This document shows, one piece after another, positions 9,934 to 19,507 of a DNA stretch of 64,000 nt (the stretch's first letter is position 1; every line of letters starts with the position of its first letter). Position numbers and translations under genes: made by a program. Origin of the DNA: a virus. A model generated the notes under the pieces. It worked only from the letters and a program-made list of their open reading frames with translations. It did not search any database and had not been told where the DNA came from. Where the stretch lies: the IMG/VR virus record IMGVR_UViG_3300020204_004581; one strand, 5' to 3'.

Positions 9934-11090
9934 AAATTGGAGTGATTGGTGCCGGTAGATTAGGATTGTCTTTCGCATTGGTTTGTGATAAACACGGTGT
10001 ACCCATGATTATTTCTGATACAAATGAAACCTACAAGAAAAATCTTAAAAACGGAATTTGTATTACGAATGAACCATTTATTACAGAAATGTACTCCAAA
10101 AGACGATTTCTTGAGGTTGCTGAAAATAACATAGAGGTAATAGAAAATTGTGATTACATATGGACATTTGTTGAGACTCCCTCTACATCAGATGGGATAT
10201 ATGACCTGACAAAACTTTGGTCAGTCGTTGATGACTTTGTAAAAACTTTCAAGGATGGAAAATCGGTTATGGGGAAAACCTTTGTAATTGGTTGTACTAC
10301 TAATCCTGGCGACGTACAACTAATAGCAGAGCTTTTAAATCAATATTCAATAAACGTTGTCTATAATCCCGAATTTGTTGCACAAGGTGAAATAATAAAG
10401 GGTATCGAAGAAGCAAAAATGGTTTTGATTGGTAGTCCAGATGGATATGACTTAAAGATAATTCTTAATCTTTATAAAATTATTTGCGGAGGTTCAGCAA
10501 ACTTTAATGTAATGTCCTATACCTCAGCGGAGCTCACTAAAATTGCTATAAATTGTTTTTTAACCACAAAGATAGCGTATGCAAATATGATCGGTGAGAT
10601 TGCAATAAAAACGGGAGTCGGTAACGAAATTAAAAGTATTTTGAAAGCTGTTGGATCTGATCCTCGAATCGGAAATAAATTCCTGAAATACGGATTTGGT
10701 TTTGGTGGTCCTTGTCTTCCGAGAGATAATCGGGCACTTTCTGTTCACGCAAAAAAACACGGTGGTGAAGCCAAGCTATCTGACTTAGTTGACGAAATGA
10801 ATAATAGACACACTGAATTTTTAGCCGATTATTATAGTGAGTTGAATCCCGATAGAACTGTACCTTTTGTGATGAGACATATTTCATACAAACGAGGGAC
10901 TGATATATTGACCGACTCCCAACAATATCACTTTTGTTTGAAACTTTTAGATAAAGGATATACCGTACATGTTCAAGAAATAGAAGCCGTAATTGATCAA
11001 TTCAAGAAAAAAGATATGAGTGAATACGGATCACGACTTAAGTTCTTCAGATATAATACTAAACCAGAAGGATTCTTGATTGAAATATGA
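9930..11090 (+). CDS. ugd: UDP-glucose/GDP-mannose 6-dehydrogenase family
   Basis: Rossmann GAGRLG, VETP, YNPEF, AELTK..N and GFGGPCLPRD (catalytic Cys). Confidence 0.88.
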   Translation: MKIGVIGAGRLGLSFALVCDKHGVPMIISDTNETYKKNLKNGICITNEPFITEMYSKRRFLEVAENNIEVIENCDYIWTFVETPSTSDGIYDLTKLWSVVDDFVKTFKDGKSVMGKTFVIGCTTNPGDVQLIAELLNQYSINVVYNPEFVAQGEIIKGIEEAKMVLIGSPDGYDLKIILNLYKIICGGSANFNVMSYTSAELTKIAINCFLTTKIAYANMIGEIAIKTGVGNEIKSILKAVGSDPRIGNKFLKYGFGFGGPCLPRDNRALSVHAKKHGGEAKLSDLVDEMNNRHTEFLADYYSELNPDRTVPFVMRHISYKRGTDILTDSQQYHFCLKLLDKGYTVHVQEIEAVIDQFKKKDMSEYGSRLKFFRYNTKPEGFLIEI

Positions 11091-11797
11091 TTATACTAAC
11101 TACAACATACAACTGCGAAAAATATATTGAGAGATGTCTTTTGAGTATTATGTCACAGAGATTTCCTGACTTCAAATGTTACATTACGGACGACATGTCA
11201 ACTGACTCGACAATTAAAAAAATTGAATCTGTAATCAAAGATGACAACAGGTTTATTCTTATCAAAAACCATTCTAAACTCTATCAGGGAGGAAATTACG
11301 ATCAAGTAATTCGATGTATGGGTTTGGACGGAGATGAAATATGTGTTGAAATTGATGGTGACGATTGGTTACCAAATCCTAATGTTCTCGGCAAGATAGA
11401 TGAAATTTATAAAGACTCGAATGTTTGGATGACCAGTGGGTCTTTCAAATACCACGATGGTAGACCGGGTTTCAATAGACCAATTACGTCTTTGGAAAAT
11501 ATAAGAAAATCCAATTTCACCCTTTCTCATATGAGAACGTGGAAGGCTTGGTTATGGAAAAAAATCGATGAAAAAGATTTGAAGGATGGGGATGGTAAGT
11601 ACTACAGTGTGGCAGGTGACCTATCATTTATGTGGCCTATGATAGAAATGTCAGGGTTGGAACATTTCAAATTTATTGATGAAATACTATATGTCTATAA
11701 TGAATCGAATCCAATTAATGATCATAAGGTTGATTTAAGTAAAGTTCGTAATATTCACAACTTAATAGCAAATAAAATACCGTATAATAAAATTTAA
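11087..11797 (+). CDS. Glycosyltransferase family 2
   Basis: TYNCEKYIERCL...DDMSTD...IDGDDW. Confidence 0.88.
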   Translation: MIILTTTYNCEKYIERCLLSIMSQRFPDFKCYITDDMSTDSTIKKIESVIKDDNRFILIKNHSKLYQGGNYDQVIRCMGLDGDEICVEIDGDDWLPNPNVLGKIDEIYKDSNVWMTSGSFKYHDGRPGFNRPITSLENIRKSNFTLSHMRTWKAWLWKKIDEKDLKDGDGKYYSVAGDLSFMWPMIEMSGLEHFKFIDEILYVYNESNPINDHKVDLSKVRNIHNLIANKIPYNKI

Positions 11798-11798
11798 A

Positions 11799-12413
11799 AT
11801 GCACACAGAACATAACGATAGATGGAATAAAGATAATGGTAATAAACTCTTAGTTGCCACTTACCCCCTAAATGAGGATTCTTGGGTAATTGAATTAGGT
11901 GGATACAAAGGAGAATGGACTAATAAGATTGTTGGTAAGTATAAATCCAACATTTTGGTGGTTGAACCCATTTCAGAATTTTGTGAAAAGATTTCTGAAA
12001 TCCACGGAAATAATCCAAAAGTAAGAATTGAAAACAACGGTATATCAACAGAAGAAAGATCCACTAAATTGTCTTTCAACGGAGACGCTTCATCAGAGTA
12101 TTTGGAACAAACTGAGGAAAAGAGAGAGATCAAATGTTACACCTTGGAACAATATCTAACCAAATACAACATTCAAAAGGTTGACCTCATGCAAGTGAAT
12201 ATTGAGGGTGAAGAATACCCTCTATTCGAGAAATGGATTACATCAGATGTACTTAAAAATTTTCAATACATTCAGATACAATTTCACAGAGTAGGTGAAG
12301 ACTATGAAGAAAGAAGAATGAAAATTCATCAAGGTATGGAAAATTTGGGATTTGAACTCAGATGGGATTATGACTATGTTTTTGAGTCATGGAAAAATAA
12401 AAATTGGGTATAG
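11799..12413 (+). CDS. FkbM-family SAM methyltransferase
   Basis: VIELGGYKG, VEP, VDLMQVNIEGEE and QIQFH. Confidence 0.82.
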   Translation: MHTEHNDRWNKDNGNKLLVATYPLNEDSWVIELGGYKGEWTNKIVGKYKSNILVVEPISEFCEKISEIHGNNPKVRIENNGISTEERSTKLSFNGDASSEYLEQTEEKREIKCYTLEQYLTKYNIQKVDLMQVNIEGEEYPLFEKWITSDVLKNFQYIQIQFHRVGEDYEERRMKIHQGMENLGFELRWDYDYVFESWKNKNWV

Positions 12414-12452
12414 ACATTAATACTGAGTAGATTAAGTTTATCATAAAAAAAT

Positions 12453-13295
12453 ATGGGAAACTTGATATCATGTAATTTGATGGGTGGATTAGGTAATCAA
12501 TTATTTGAAGCCGCTCACGCATTAGCACAGGGATGGAAACACAACCGAGAAGTTGTTTTTGTTCCAAAATCATGGACACCAGGACAAGGAAGAGGTGCCG
12601 AAAATTATATTGAGAACGTATTCAGAAATCTAAAATTCGTAGATAATTTAGACAATTTTACAAGGGTCACTGAAGGTCCCTTTGAGTACAGTGAAGTAAA
12701 TCCTGTAGAAGAAAATACTGTTTTTGACGGATATTTTCAAAGCACCAAAAACTGGTTTGGATTAGATGATCGTATAAGAGACATATTCCAACCTTCACAA
12801 GAAATTATTGATGAGTTGAAATTCAAATACCCCCAACTCAATCAACCCAAAACACTCTCCATACACGTTAGAAGAGGAGAATACTTACAGTTTCCTGAAA
12901 TACACCCAACAATATCAGTAGAATATATTCAAGAGGCATTAAAAATTATTGGAGAATATTCTACAGTTTTTCTCTTCACTGAAGATGAATCAAGATGGCC
13001 AGGAAGTAGAGATTTCGTTATGAATAATTTCTCATTTCCAAATGTAGTTTTCCCAAAAGAAGATCAAGACTGGAAAGAATTATATCTCATGGGTCTGTGT
13101 GAAAATCACATCATTTCTAACTCCACTTTTTCATGGTGGGCAACTTTCTTAAATCAAAATAAAAATAAAAAAATAGTTTGTCCTTCTCGTTGGTTTGGTC
13201 CCCGTGGCCCTAAGGCCGATGACATCTACGAATCCTATTGGAATTTAGTTGATGTAGAATGGAAAGATGGATTATTAATACCAACAAAAAAATAA
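12453..13295 (+). CDS. Alpha-1,2-fucosyltransferase family (GT11)
   Basis: GGLGNQLF, GYFQS, SIHVRRGEY and IISNSTFSWW. Confidence 0.92.
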   Translation: MGNLISCNLMGGLGNQLFEAAHALAQGWKHNREVVFVPKSWTPGQGRGAENYIENVFRNLKFVDNLDNFTRVTEGPFEYSEVNPVEENTVFDGYFQSTKNWFGLDDRIRDIFQPSQEIIDELKFKYPQLNQPKTLSIHVRRGEYLQFPEIHPTISVEYIQEALKIIGEYSTVFLFTEDESRWPGSRDFVMNNFSFPNVVFPKEDQDWKELYLMGLCENHIISNSTFSWWATFLNQNKNKKIVCPSRWFGPRGPKADDIYESYWNLVDVEWKDGLLIPTKK

Positions 13296-13298
13296 CAC

Positions 13299-14135
13299 AT
13301 GTCGGAAAAAGTAAAAATTAGAAAAGTATCAGATTGGTGGGGTGAATATGATTGTTCATCAAACCGTAACATGCCAAAACATATTAATTGGCTATCGAGA
13401 GAAACTGCGGATCCGTATACACTTAGTGTATATGTTGACAATTACATTAAGGATTGGGGATTCAGAGACGGAGGATCGGATAAAATTGGATGGTTATTAG
13501 AGTCACCACAAATGAATGAGGCGACAATCAGAGTATTGACAGAAGATTTGGAAAAGACCAGATCTCACTACAAAATCATTTTTACTTGTATGGATGAATT
13601 GTTGGCTCTTGGTGAACCTTTCAAATATTGTATTACAAATGCCGCTCCTTGGATTTGGCCTGATAATAGAAAAATACATGAAAAAACAAAACTTGTGTCA
13701 ATGATCGCATCAAGTAAAGGTTGGTTAAGAGGACACCAAAACAGATTACAATGGGTAGAAAAACTACAGAACAAAGTTGATCTTTTTGGTACAGGTAGAC
13801 CAAATCAGTTACGTGATAAAGAGGACGGACTAAAAGACTATATGTTCTCAGTGGCAATCGAAAATGATAACTCTGATGTGTATTTTACAGAAAAACTCAC
13901 TGATTGTTTTGCAATGGGTACAGTACCAATTTATTACGGTTCAAGAAAAGCTGTCGAAAAATACTTCGACCCAACAGGAGTAATTTTCTTAGAAGACGAC
14001 CCAAATTTAGAAACTGTGACGGTTGAAAAATATAAATCAATGATGCCAGCAATAGAAAGAAATTTCTTAAAGGCAAAAGATTTCCCTGTAGCGGAAGACT
14101 ACATGTGGGACAACTACCTTAAAAACTTAGTATAA
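13299..14135 (+). CDS. GT10 (alpha-1,3-fucosyltransferase-like) glycosyltransferase
   Basis: YMFSVAIEN...YFTEKLTDCF..GTVPIYYG is the alpha-1,3-FucT motif. Confidence 0.85.
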   Translation: MSEKVKIRKVSDWWGEYDCSSNRNMPKHINWLSRETADPYTLSVYVDNYIKDWGFRDGGSDKIGWLLESPQMNEATIRVLTEDLEKTRSHYKIIFTCMDELLALGEPFKYCITNAAPWIWPDNRKIHEKTKLVSMIASSKGWLRGHQNRLQWVEKLQNKVDLFGTGRPNQLRDKEDGLKDYMFSVAIENDNSDVYFTEKLTDCFAMGTVPIYYGSRKAVEKYFDPTGVIFLEDDPNLETVTVEKYKSMMPAIERNFLKAKDFPVAEDYMWDNYLKNLV

Positions 14136-14136
14136 T

Positions 14137-14949
14137 ATGAAATACCTTGTACTTGGATCTGCAGGTCAGATTGGTTATGAGTTGTGTAAATTTTTACAGA
14201 AAGAAGGACATGATGTTTTATCTTTTGATATTGCAACAGACCCAACTCAGGATTTGAGAATACCTGGTGTGTTGGAAGATTTGATTATCGAATGTAATTT
14301 TGTGATGTTTTTGGCGTTTGATGTAGGTGGGTCAAGATATTTGAAAAAATATCAACACACATATGAATTCATTGAAAATAATACAAAGCTCACATTGTAT
14401 ACTTTCGAGACAATCAAAAAACACAACAAACCTTTCATATTTGCGTCATCTCAAATGGCCAATATGTCTTACTCCCCCTACGGTGTTTGTAAGAGTTTGG
14501 GAGAAATTTTTTCAACCGCTTTAGGTGGACTTACAGTGAAGTTTTGGAACGTATATGGACCAGAACATGATTTAGAAAAATCACATGTAATCACCGATTT
14601 TATCCTGAAAGCAAAACTTGGAAAAATTGAAATGATTACTGATGGCACAGAAGAAAGACAGTTTCTTCACGCAGAGGATTGTTCAAGATGTCTTCATATT
14701 CTTTCTCAGAAGTATGACGAGATTGATAGATCACAAAACTTACACATTACAAACTTTGAATGGAATACCATACTTGAAGTTGCGGACATTATCAAAGAAA
14801 CAATTCCTTGTGAGATTATACCCTCAGAAGAAAAAGACACGGTTCAGCTTAATAAAAGAAATGAACCCGATCCTTACATTTTGAATTTTTGGAAACCTGT
14901 AATATCTTTAAAAGAAGGTATCAATAAAATAATTGAAGAAATGAATTAA
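14137..14949 (+). CDS. NAD-dependent epimerase/dehydratase (extended SDR)
   Basis: GSAGQIG, FASS, YGVCK (YxxxK) and NVYGP. Confidence 0.88.
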   Translation: MKYLVLGSAGQIGYELCKFLQKEGHDVLSFDIATDPTQDLRIPGVLEDLIIECNFVMFLAFDVGGSRYLKKYQHTYEFIENNTKLTLYTFETIKKHNKPFIFASSQMANMSYSPYGVCKSLGEIFSTALGGLTVKFWNVYGPEHDLEKSHVITDFILKAKLGKIEMITDGTEERQFLHAEDCSRCLHILSQKYDEIDRSQNLHITNFEWNTILEVADIIKETIPCEIIPSEEKDTVQLNKRNEPDPYILNFWKPVISLKEGINKIIEEMN

Positions 14950-14950
14950 T

Positions 14951-16042
14951 ATGAAAAAAGTATTGGTATTAGGTGGTGGCGGATTTATAGGTGGTCACTT
15001 AGCTAAGAGACTTAAAGAGGAAGGAAACCACGTAAGAATATGTGACATAAAAAAACATGAATATTTTTTCCAAGATGAAATTTGTCATGAGTTTATCTTG
15101 GGTGACCTTACAGACCCTGATGTTGTTTCACTTGTCATCGAAGAAGGTGTTGATGAAGTTTATCAACTTGCCGCAGATATGGGCGGTGCACTTTATATCT
15201 TTACAGGAGAACACGATGCAGATGTTATGCACAACTCAGCAACAATCAATTTGAATGTTGCAAAAGAATGTGTTAAAAAGAAAGTCAAAAAGGTTTTCTA
15301 TTCATCCTCAGCATGTATGTATCCCGAACATAATCAACTTGATCCCGATAATCCAAACTGTGAAGAGTCTTCTGCATATCCTGCTAACCCAGACTCTGAA
15401 TATGGATGGGAAAAGTTATTCTCAGAAAGAGTATTTTTATCTTTCCATAGAAACTATGGATTGAATGTTAGAATTGCAAGATTCCACAACATCTTTGGTC
15501 CTCAAGGTACATGGAAAGGAGGAAGGGAGAAATCACCGGCCGCTATGTGTAGAAAGGCGGCAGAAAGCAAGGGTGGTGATGAAATAGAAGTTTGGGGAAA
15601 TGGATTACAAACCAGATCATTCCTTTACGTTGAGGAGTGCGTTGAGGCTGTTATTAGATTGATGAATTCGAATTTCACAGGACCTGTAAACATTGGTTCC
15701 GAAGAAATGGTAACCATTAATCATTTAGCCAGTATGGCTATTGCAATATCAGGAAAAGACATAAAAATAAAAAACATCGAAGGAGAAGAGTTTGTGACAA
15801 AATACGGATTTAAATGCCCTCTCGGTGTTAAGGGGAGAAATTCAGACAATAAATTGTATAGAGAAAAGATAGGATGGGAAGTCAGTCAGCCTCTTTCCGT
15901 AGGTCTTAAAAAAACATATAATTGGATTAAGAGTCAGGTTGACAAACATGAAACTGAAACCCCGTGGATCTACGAAAGTCCTGATGGTGGAAAAACCGTC
16001 ACAAAAAGAGAACCAGGATCATTAGAAAAAAAATTAATTTAA
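14951..16042 (+). CDS. GDP-mannose 3,5-epimerase-like extended SDR
   Basis: GGGGFIG, LAADMGG, YSSSACMYP, AYPANPDSEYGWEK, RFHNIFGP.GTW.GGREK.PAA.CRK and GVKGRNSDN are GME-type signatures. Confidence 0.85.
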   Translation: MKKVLVLGGGGFIGGHLAKRLKEEGNHVRICDIKKHEYFFQDEICHEFILGDLTDPDVVSLVIEEGVDEVYQLAADMGGALYIFTGEHDADVMHNSATINLNVAKECVKKKVKKVFYSSSACMYPEHNQLDPDNPNCEESSAYPANPDSEYGWEKLFSERVFLSFHRNYGLNVRIARFHNIFGPQGTWKGGREKSPAAMCRKAAESKGGDEIEVWGNGLQTRSFLYVEECVEAVIRLMNSNFTGPVNIGSEEMVTINHLASMAIAISGKDIKIKNIEGEEFVTKYGFKCPLGVKGRNSDNKLYREKIGWEVSQPLSVGLKKTYNWIKSQVDKHETETPWIYESPDGGKTVTKREPGSLEKKLI

Positions 16043-16773
16043 TGGGTAAACCAAGAAGAACGCCAGTTGTTACTCCAAGTTCAACTGAAATACAAATAAA
16101 AACTAAAAAAGATTTTATCTGTTCATTAATCAAGAAAAAAACTAAAGAAAAATTCTTATCAGAAAATCAGAAAGTTTATTATGATATATTAAAAAATAAT
16201 GAAATCACCCTCTGTTCGGGTCCCGCAGGTGTGGGTAAGAGTCACGTGGCAATGAAAGCGGCAATTGATTTGCTAGTTGACCCACTTTCACCTTATGAAA
16301 AAATTATTATTGTAAGACCAGCGGTGGAAGCTGAGGAAAAGTTAGGATCTTTACCTGGTAATGTAGAAGAAAAATTAGATCCTTATATCTTTCCTTCGTA
16401 TTATCTCCTCAACAAAATTATCGGAAAAGATATAAGAGAAAAGTTAAAGGAATTTGATGCAATCGAAGTTTTTGCTTTGGCTTATATGAGAGGAATGAAT
16501 ATAGATAACTCTATTTTGATTTTCGAAGAGGCACAGAATTCAACCCCAAATCAAATGAAATTACTACTAACAAGAATTGGATACAATTCAAAGTTTTTTA
16601 TTTCAGGTGACTTAGAGCAAACTGACAGATATAAAGACAAAACTCAAAGTGGGCTTTGGGATGCAATTCAAAAAATGAGAAATATGAATAAAGTTGGTGT
16701 ATTCATTTTTGAAGACAGTGATATTGTGAGAAATCCATTAATAACCCACATTCTAAAAAGATATGAAGAATGA
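16042..16773 (+). CDS. phoH: PhoH family ATPase
   Basis: GPAGVGKS, RPAVE, LG.LPG, YMRG, EEAQN, GD..Q.D and DIVRNP. Confidence 0.93.
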   Translation: MGKPRRTPVVTPSSTEIQIKTKKDFICSLIKKKTKEKFLSENQKVYYDILKNNEITLCSGPAGVGKSHVAMKAAIDLLVDPLSPYEKIIIVRPAVEAEEKLGSLPGNVEEKLDPYIFPSYYLLNKIIGKDIREKLKEFDAIEVFALAYMRGMNIDNSILIFEEAQNSTPNQMKLLLTRIGYNSKFFISGDLEQTDRYKDKTQSGLWDAIQKMRNMNKVGVFIFEDSDIVRNPLITHILKRYEE

Positions 16774-17366
16774 GAATAGGAATAGAAATTAATGGAGTTT
16801 TACGAGACACTATTTTGAAATTCAAACAACTTTATGTCAAGTTTCATATTGACCCTTTTTTGGAAACGACAGAGAAGCCGAATTTTGAATATAAAATAAA
16901 AGAACCAATTACTTCATTGAACTTGATGGACCACTTTGCCTTTCAAAGTAAAGACGAATTTTACAGTTTTATGTACGAAGACCACCCGATGGAAATATTC
17001 GGACATTCCCCGTCTGTTGAGTTATCTACTATGCATGATTTAAATGAATTTTATTACGATATGAGAGATAGTCATGATATAATAATAGTCTCAGATGAAA
17101 TTGGTAAATCTAAACCAGCCTCACTTTTTTTCTTATCCAAGTTTGGTTGTCTTTTAGAGAAAATAAATTTCTACTCAGAAATCACTATAAATTCGATGTG
17201 GGACGGGTTAGACATTTTACTTACTGCAAATCCTGAACTACTATTGAAGAAACCTGATAATAAATTTGTTATTAAGTTTGAGACTTACTACAATAAGGAA
17301 GTTTATAGTGAATACACAATTAAAAGTTTGAAAGAACTCAAAACGAAATTGGAGGAAATTTTATGA
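16770..17366 (+). CDS. 5'(3')-nucleotidase-like HAD-fold protein with degenerate active site
   Basis: RIGIEINGVLRD aligns to HAD motif I (IGIDIDGVL), but both Asp are substituted; YYN near the C-terminus. Confidence 0.55.
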   Translation: MRIGIEINGVLRDTILKFKQLYVKFHIDPFLETTEKPNFEYKIKEPITSLNLMDHFAFQSKDEFYSFMYEDHPMEIFGHSPSVELSTMHDLNEFYYDMRDSHDIIIVSDEIGKSKPASLFFLSKFGCLLEKINFYSEITINSMWDGLDILLTANPELLLKKPDNKFVIKFETYYNKEVYSEYTIKSLKELKTKLEEIL

Positions 17367-17632
17367 TAAATATACTCGGGGAAAACTACTTCATCGATTT
17401 GGATCAAATTGAGAGGTATGTTGATATGGGGAATGAAGAAATCACTGGAAGTTCAGAGAATAGAATCAATATTGTGAAATTCGAGTTAGTAAAAATGATG
17501 GTGGAAGTTGTTTTAGCAGATGAGTTACCTGTTGAAGATAACTTAGGTTTGAAAAACAGAAAACAAACCTCCGTCCCATTCAGTATTGCATTCAATAGTC
17601 TCTTGAATAAAAAAATTATCAAACATTATTAA
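17363..17632 (+). CDS. Hypothetical protein
   Basis: 89-aa ORF, ATGA-coupled to the previous gene. Confidence 0.7.
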   Translation: MINILGENYFIDLDQIERYVDMGNEEITGSSENRINIVKFELVKMMVEVVLADELPVEDNLGLKNRKQTSVPFSIAFNSLLNKKIIKHY

Positions 17633-17633
17633 T

Positions 17634-18698
17634 ATGGAACAAAAAGTATTGAACTTGGATAAAGTACAAATTTCTATAAATCGACTGAAAGAAAAAAAAG
17701 CCAAAATTTATTTTTTTGTACAAGATACAAAGGGTAATGCAAAAGCATCAGTCAGATACGTCTATCAAATGGCAATGTCATTGAAAAACAATGGTTTCAA
17801 TATAATTATTCTTCATGAAAAAAATGAATACGTTGGAGTTGGTAAATGGCTTGGTGAAAAATACATGTCTGAAATTAAACATCAATCGATTGAAAATCAA
17901 AATTTAGAAATTGCGCCCGAGGATTTAATTGTGATACCTGAAATTTTTGGATATGTTCTTTCACAAGTTAAAAACCTACCTGCTGGTAAAATTGTTCTAT
18001 CTCAATCTTATTCGTCAATACTTGAGACACTTCAACCAGGTGAAAGTTGGTCACAATTTGGGATCACCAAATGTATAACAACATCTACAAAACAAAAAGA
18101 GTATGTAAACAAGATAATGAAGAATGTAACCTTCGATGTAATTACACCGGTAATTTCTGAATGTTTCGAAAAATCCAAATTTCCGGCAAAGACAATTGTT
18201 GGTATCCACACAAGAGATCAAAGAGATACCATCAATCTTATTAAAACATTTTACTTAAAATATCCACAATACCGTTGGATAACTTTTAGAGATATGAGGG
18301 GTTTGTCGGAAACAGAATTTGCAAATACCATGAAAGATTGTTGCTTGTCAGTTTGGATAGATAATGACAGTAGTTTTGGAACTTTTCCTTTGGAATCAAT
18401 GAAATGTGGTGTTCCTGTATTGGGTAAGGTTCCTGATATAATGCCAGAATGGATGTCTGAAGATAATGGGATCTGGATAGCAGACAAGAACATGATTGTA
18501 GATTTTGTTTCTGATTTTATTCAAAATTGGTTGGAAGACAATCTGAATCCCGAGATGTTCATAAAAATGGAAGAAACAGTGAACAAGTATAGTGATTTTA
18601 CTGAGTTCGAAAAACAAGTTTGCAAAATCTTCGAAGAGTATCAAATCAAGAGAGCAGAATCTTTCGAAAATCAACTACAAAAATTACAAAATAATTAA
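17634..18698 (+). CDS. Glycosyltransferase (GT-B, GT4-like)
   Basis: DLIVIPE and SSFGTFPLESMKCGVPV (variant of the E-x7-E motif). Confidence 0.75.
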   Translation: MEQKVLNLDKVQISINRLKEKKAKIYFFVQDTKGNAKASVRYVYQMAMSLKNNGFNIIILHEKNEYVGVGKWLGEKYMSEIKHQSIENQNLEIAPEDLIVIPEIFGYVLSQVKNLPAGKIVLSQSYSSILETLQPGESWSQFGITKCITTSTKQKEYVNKIMKNVTFDVITPVISECFEKSKFPAKTIVGIHTRDQRDTINLIKTFYLKYPQYRWITFRDMRGLSETEFANTMKDCCLSVWIDNDSSFGTFPLESMKCGVPVLGKVPDIMPEWMSEDNGIWIADKNMIVDFVSDFIQNWLEDNLNPEMFIKMEETVNKYSDFTEFEKQVCKIFEEYQIKRAESFENQLQKLQNN

Positions 18699-18700
18699 TT

Positions 18701-19507
18701 ATGTCAGAAAAATTAAATGTTTCGATTATACTACCTATAAAGTCCGCAGTTGTTAGAGATTTCTCAGAATTTTTTGGTAAAGCAATTCAATCTCTAAAGA
18801 ATCAACAATTACCTATAGATGAGTTAATTATTGTTCACACTCAAGAGGAATCTCTTATAAAAGTATTAGATTCCTACGACTTTGGTGATCTCAACGTGAA
18901 CAAATACGTATGGGAGAAAGAACCCAATTTTTGCTCTCAAGTAAATTATGGTGTAGAAAAAGCCAAGAACCCTTGGGTGTCTTTTTTTGAGTTCGATGAT
19001 GAGTATTCCTCTATATGGTTCAAGAATGTTGCAAAATACATGAAGGCGTACCCTAATGTTGATGCATTTCTCCCAATCGTTGTAGATACGAATGATAAAG
19101 GAGTGTTCCAAGGATTTACAAATGAAGCTTCTTTTGCGGCAAACTTCTCTCAAGAAATGGGGTATCTAACAAATGAAACACTCAATGATTACACAAACTT
19201 CCAAACATCAGGTATGGTTTTGAGAAAAAACTCAATTCAAGACTTTGGTGGATTCAAATCTTCAATAAAACTTACGTTTATCTATGAGTTCTTACTCAGA
19301 ATGACATATAATTCGGTTACAATTATGTCTATTCCAAGATTAGGATACAAGCACACAAACTTAAGAGAGGGTTCAATATTTTGGAATTATAAGAATGGAG
19401 AATCAATTCTTACAGATGACGAAGTTAGATTTTGGCTACAAACCGCCAAAAAAGAATATTTCTTCGTTGACGATAGGTCAATAAAATACCAAACAACGAA
19501 TGAATAA
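18701..19507 (+). CDS. Glycosyltransferase family 2
   Basis: VSIILP, VNYGV, FFEFDDEY, GGF and EFLLRM. Confidence 0.78.
   Translation: MSEKLNVSIILPIKSAVVRDFSEFFGKAIQSLKNQQLPIDELIIVHTQEESLIKVLDSYDFGDLNVNKYVWEKEPNFCSQVNYGVEKAKNPWVSFFEFDDEYSSIWFKNVAKYMKAYPNVDAFLPIVVDTNDKGVFQGFTNEASFAANFSQEMGYLTNETLNDYTNFQTSGMVLRKNSIQDFGGFKSSIKLTFIYEFLLRMTYNSVTIMSIPRLGYKHTNLREGSIFWNYKNGESILTDDEVRFWLQTAKKEYFFVDDRSIKYQTTNE

Noticed and set aside
5626-19507. Host chromosomal O-antigen or capsule locus (prophage flank or chimera)
   Set aside because: There is no wzx/wzy/wzz or initiating transferase, and the genes are coupled continuously to phage dUTPase, PhoH and the gp55-like sigma.
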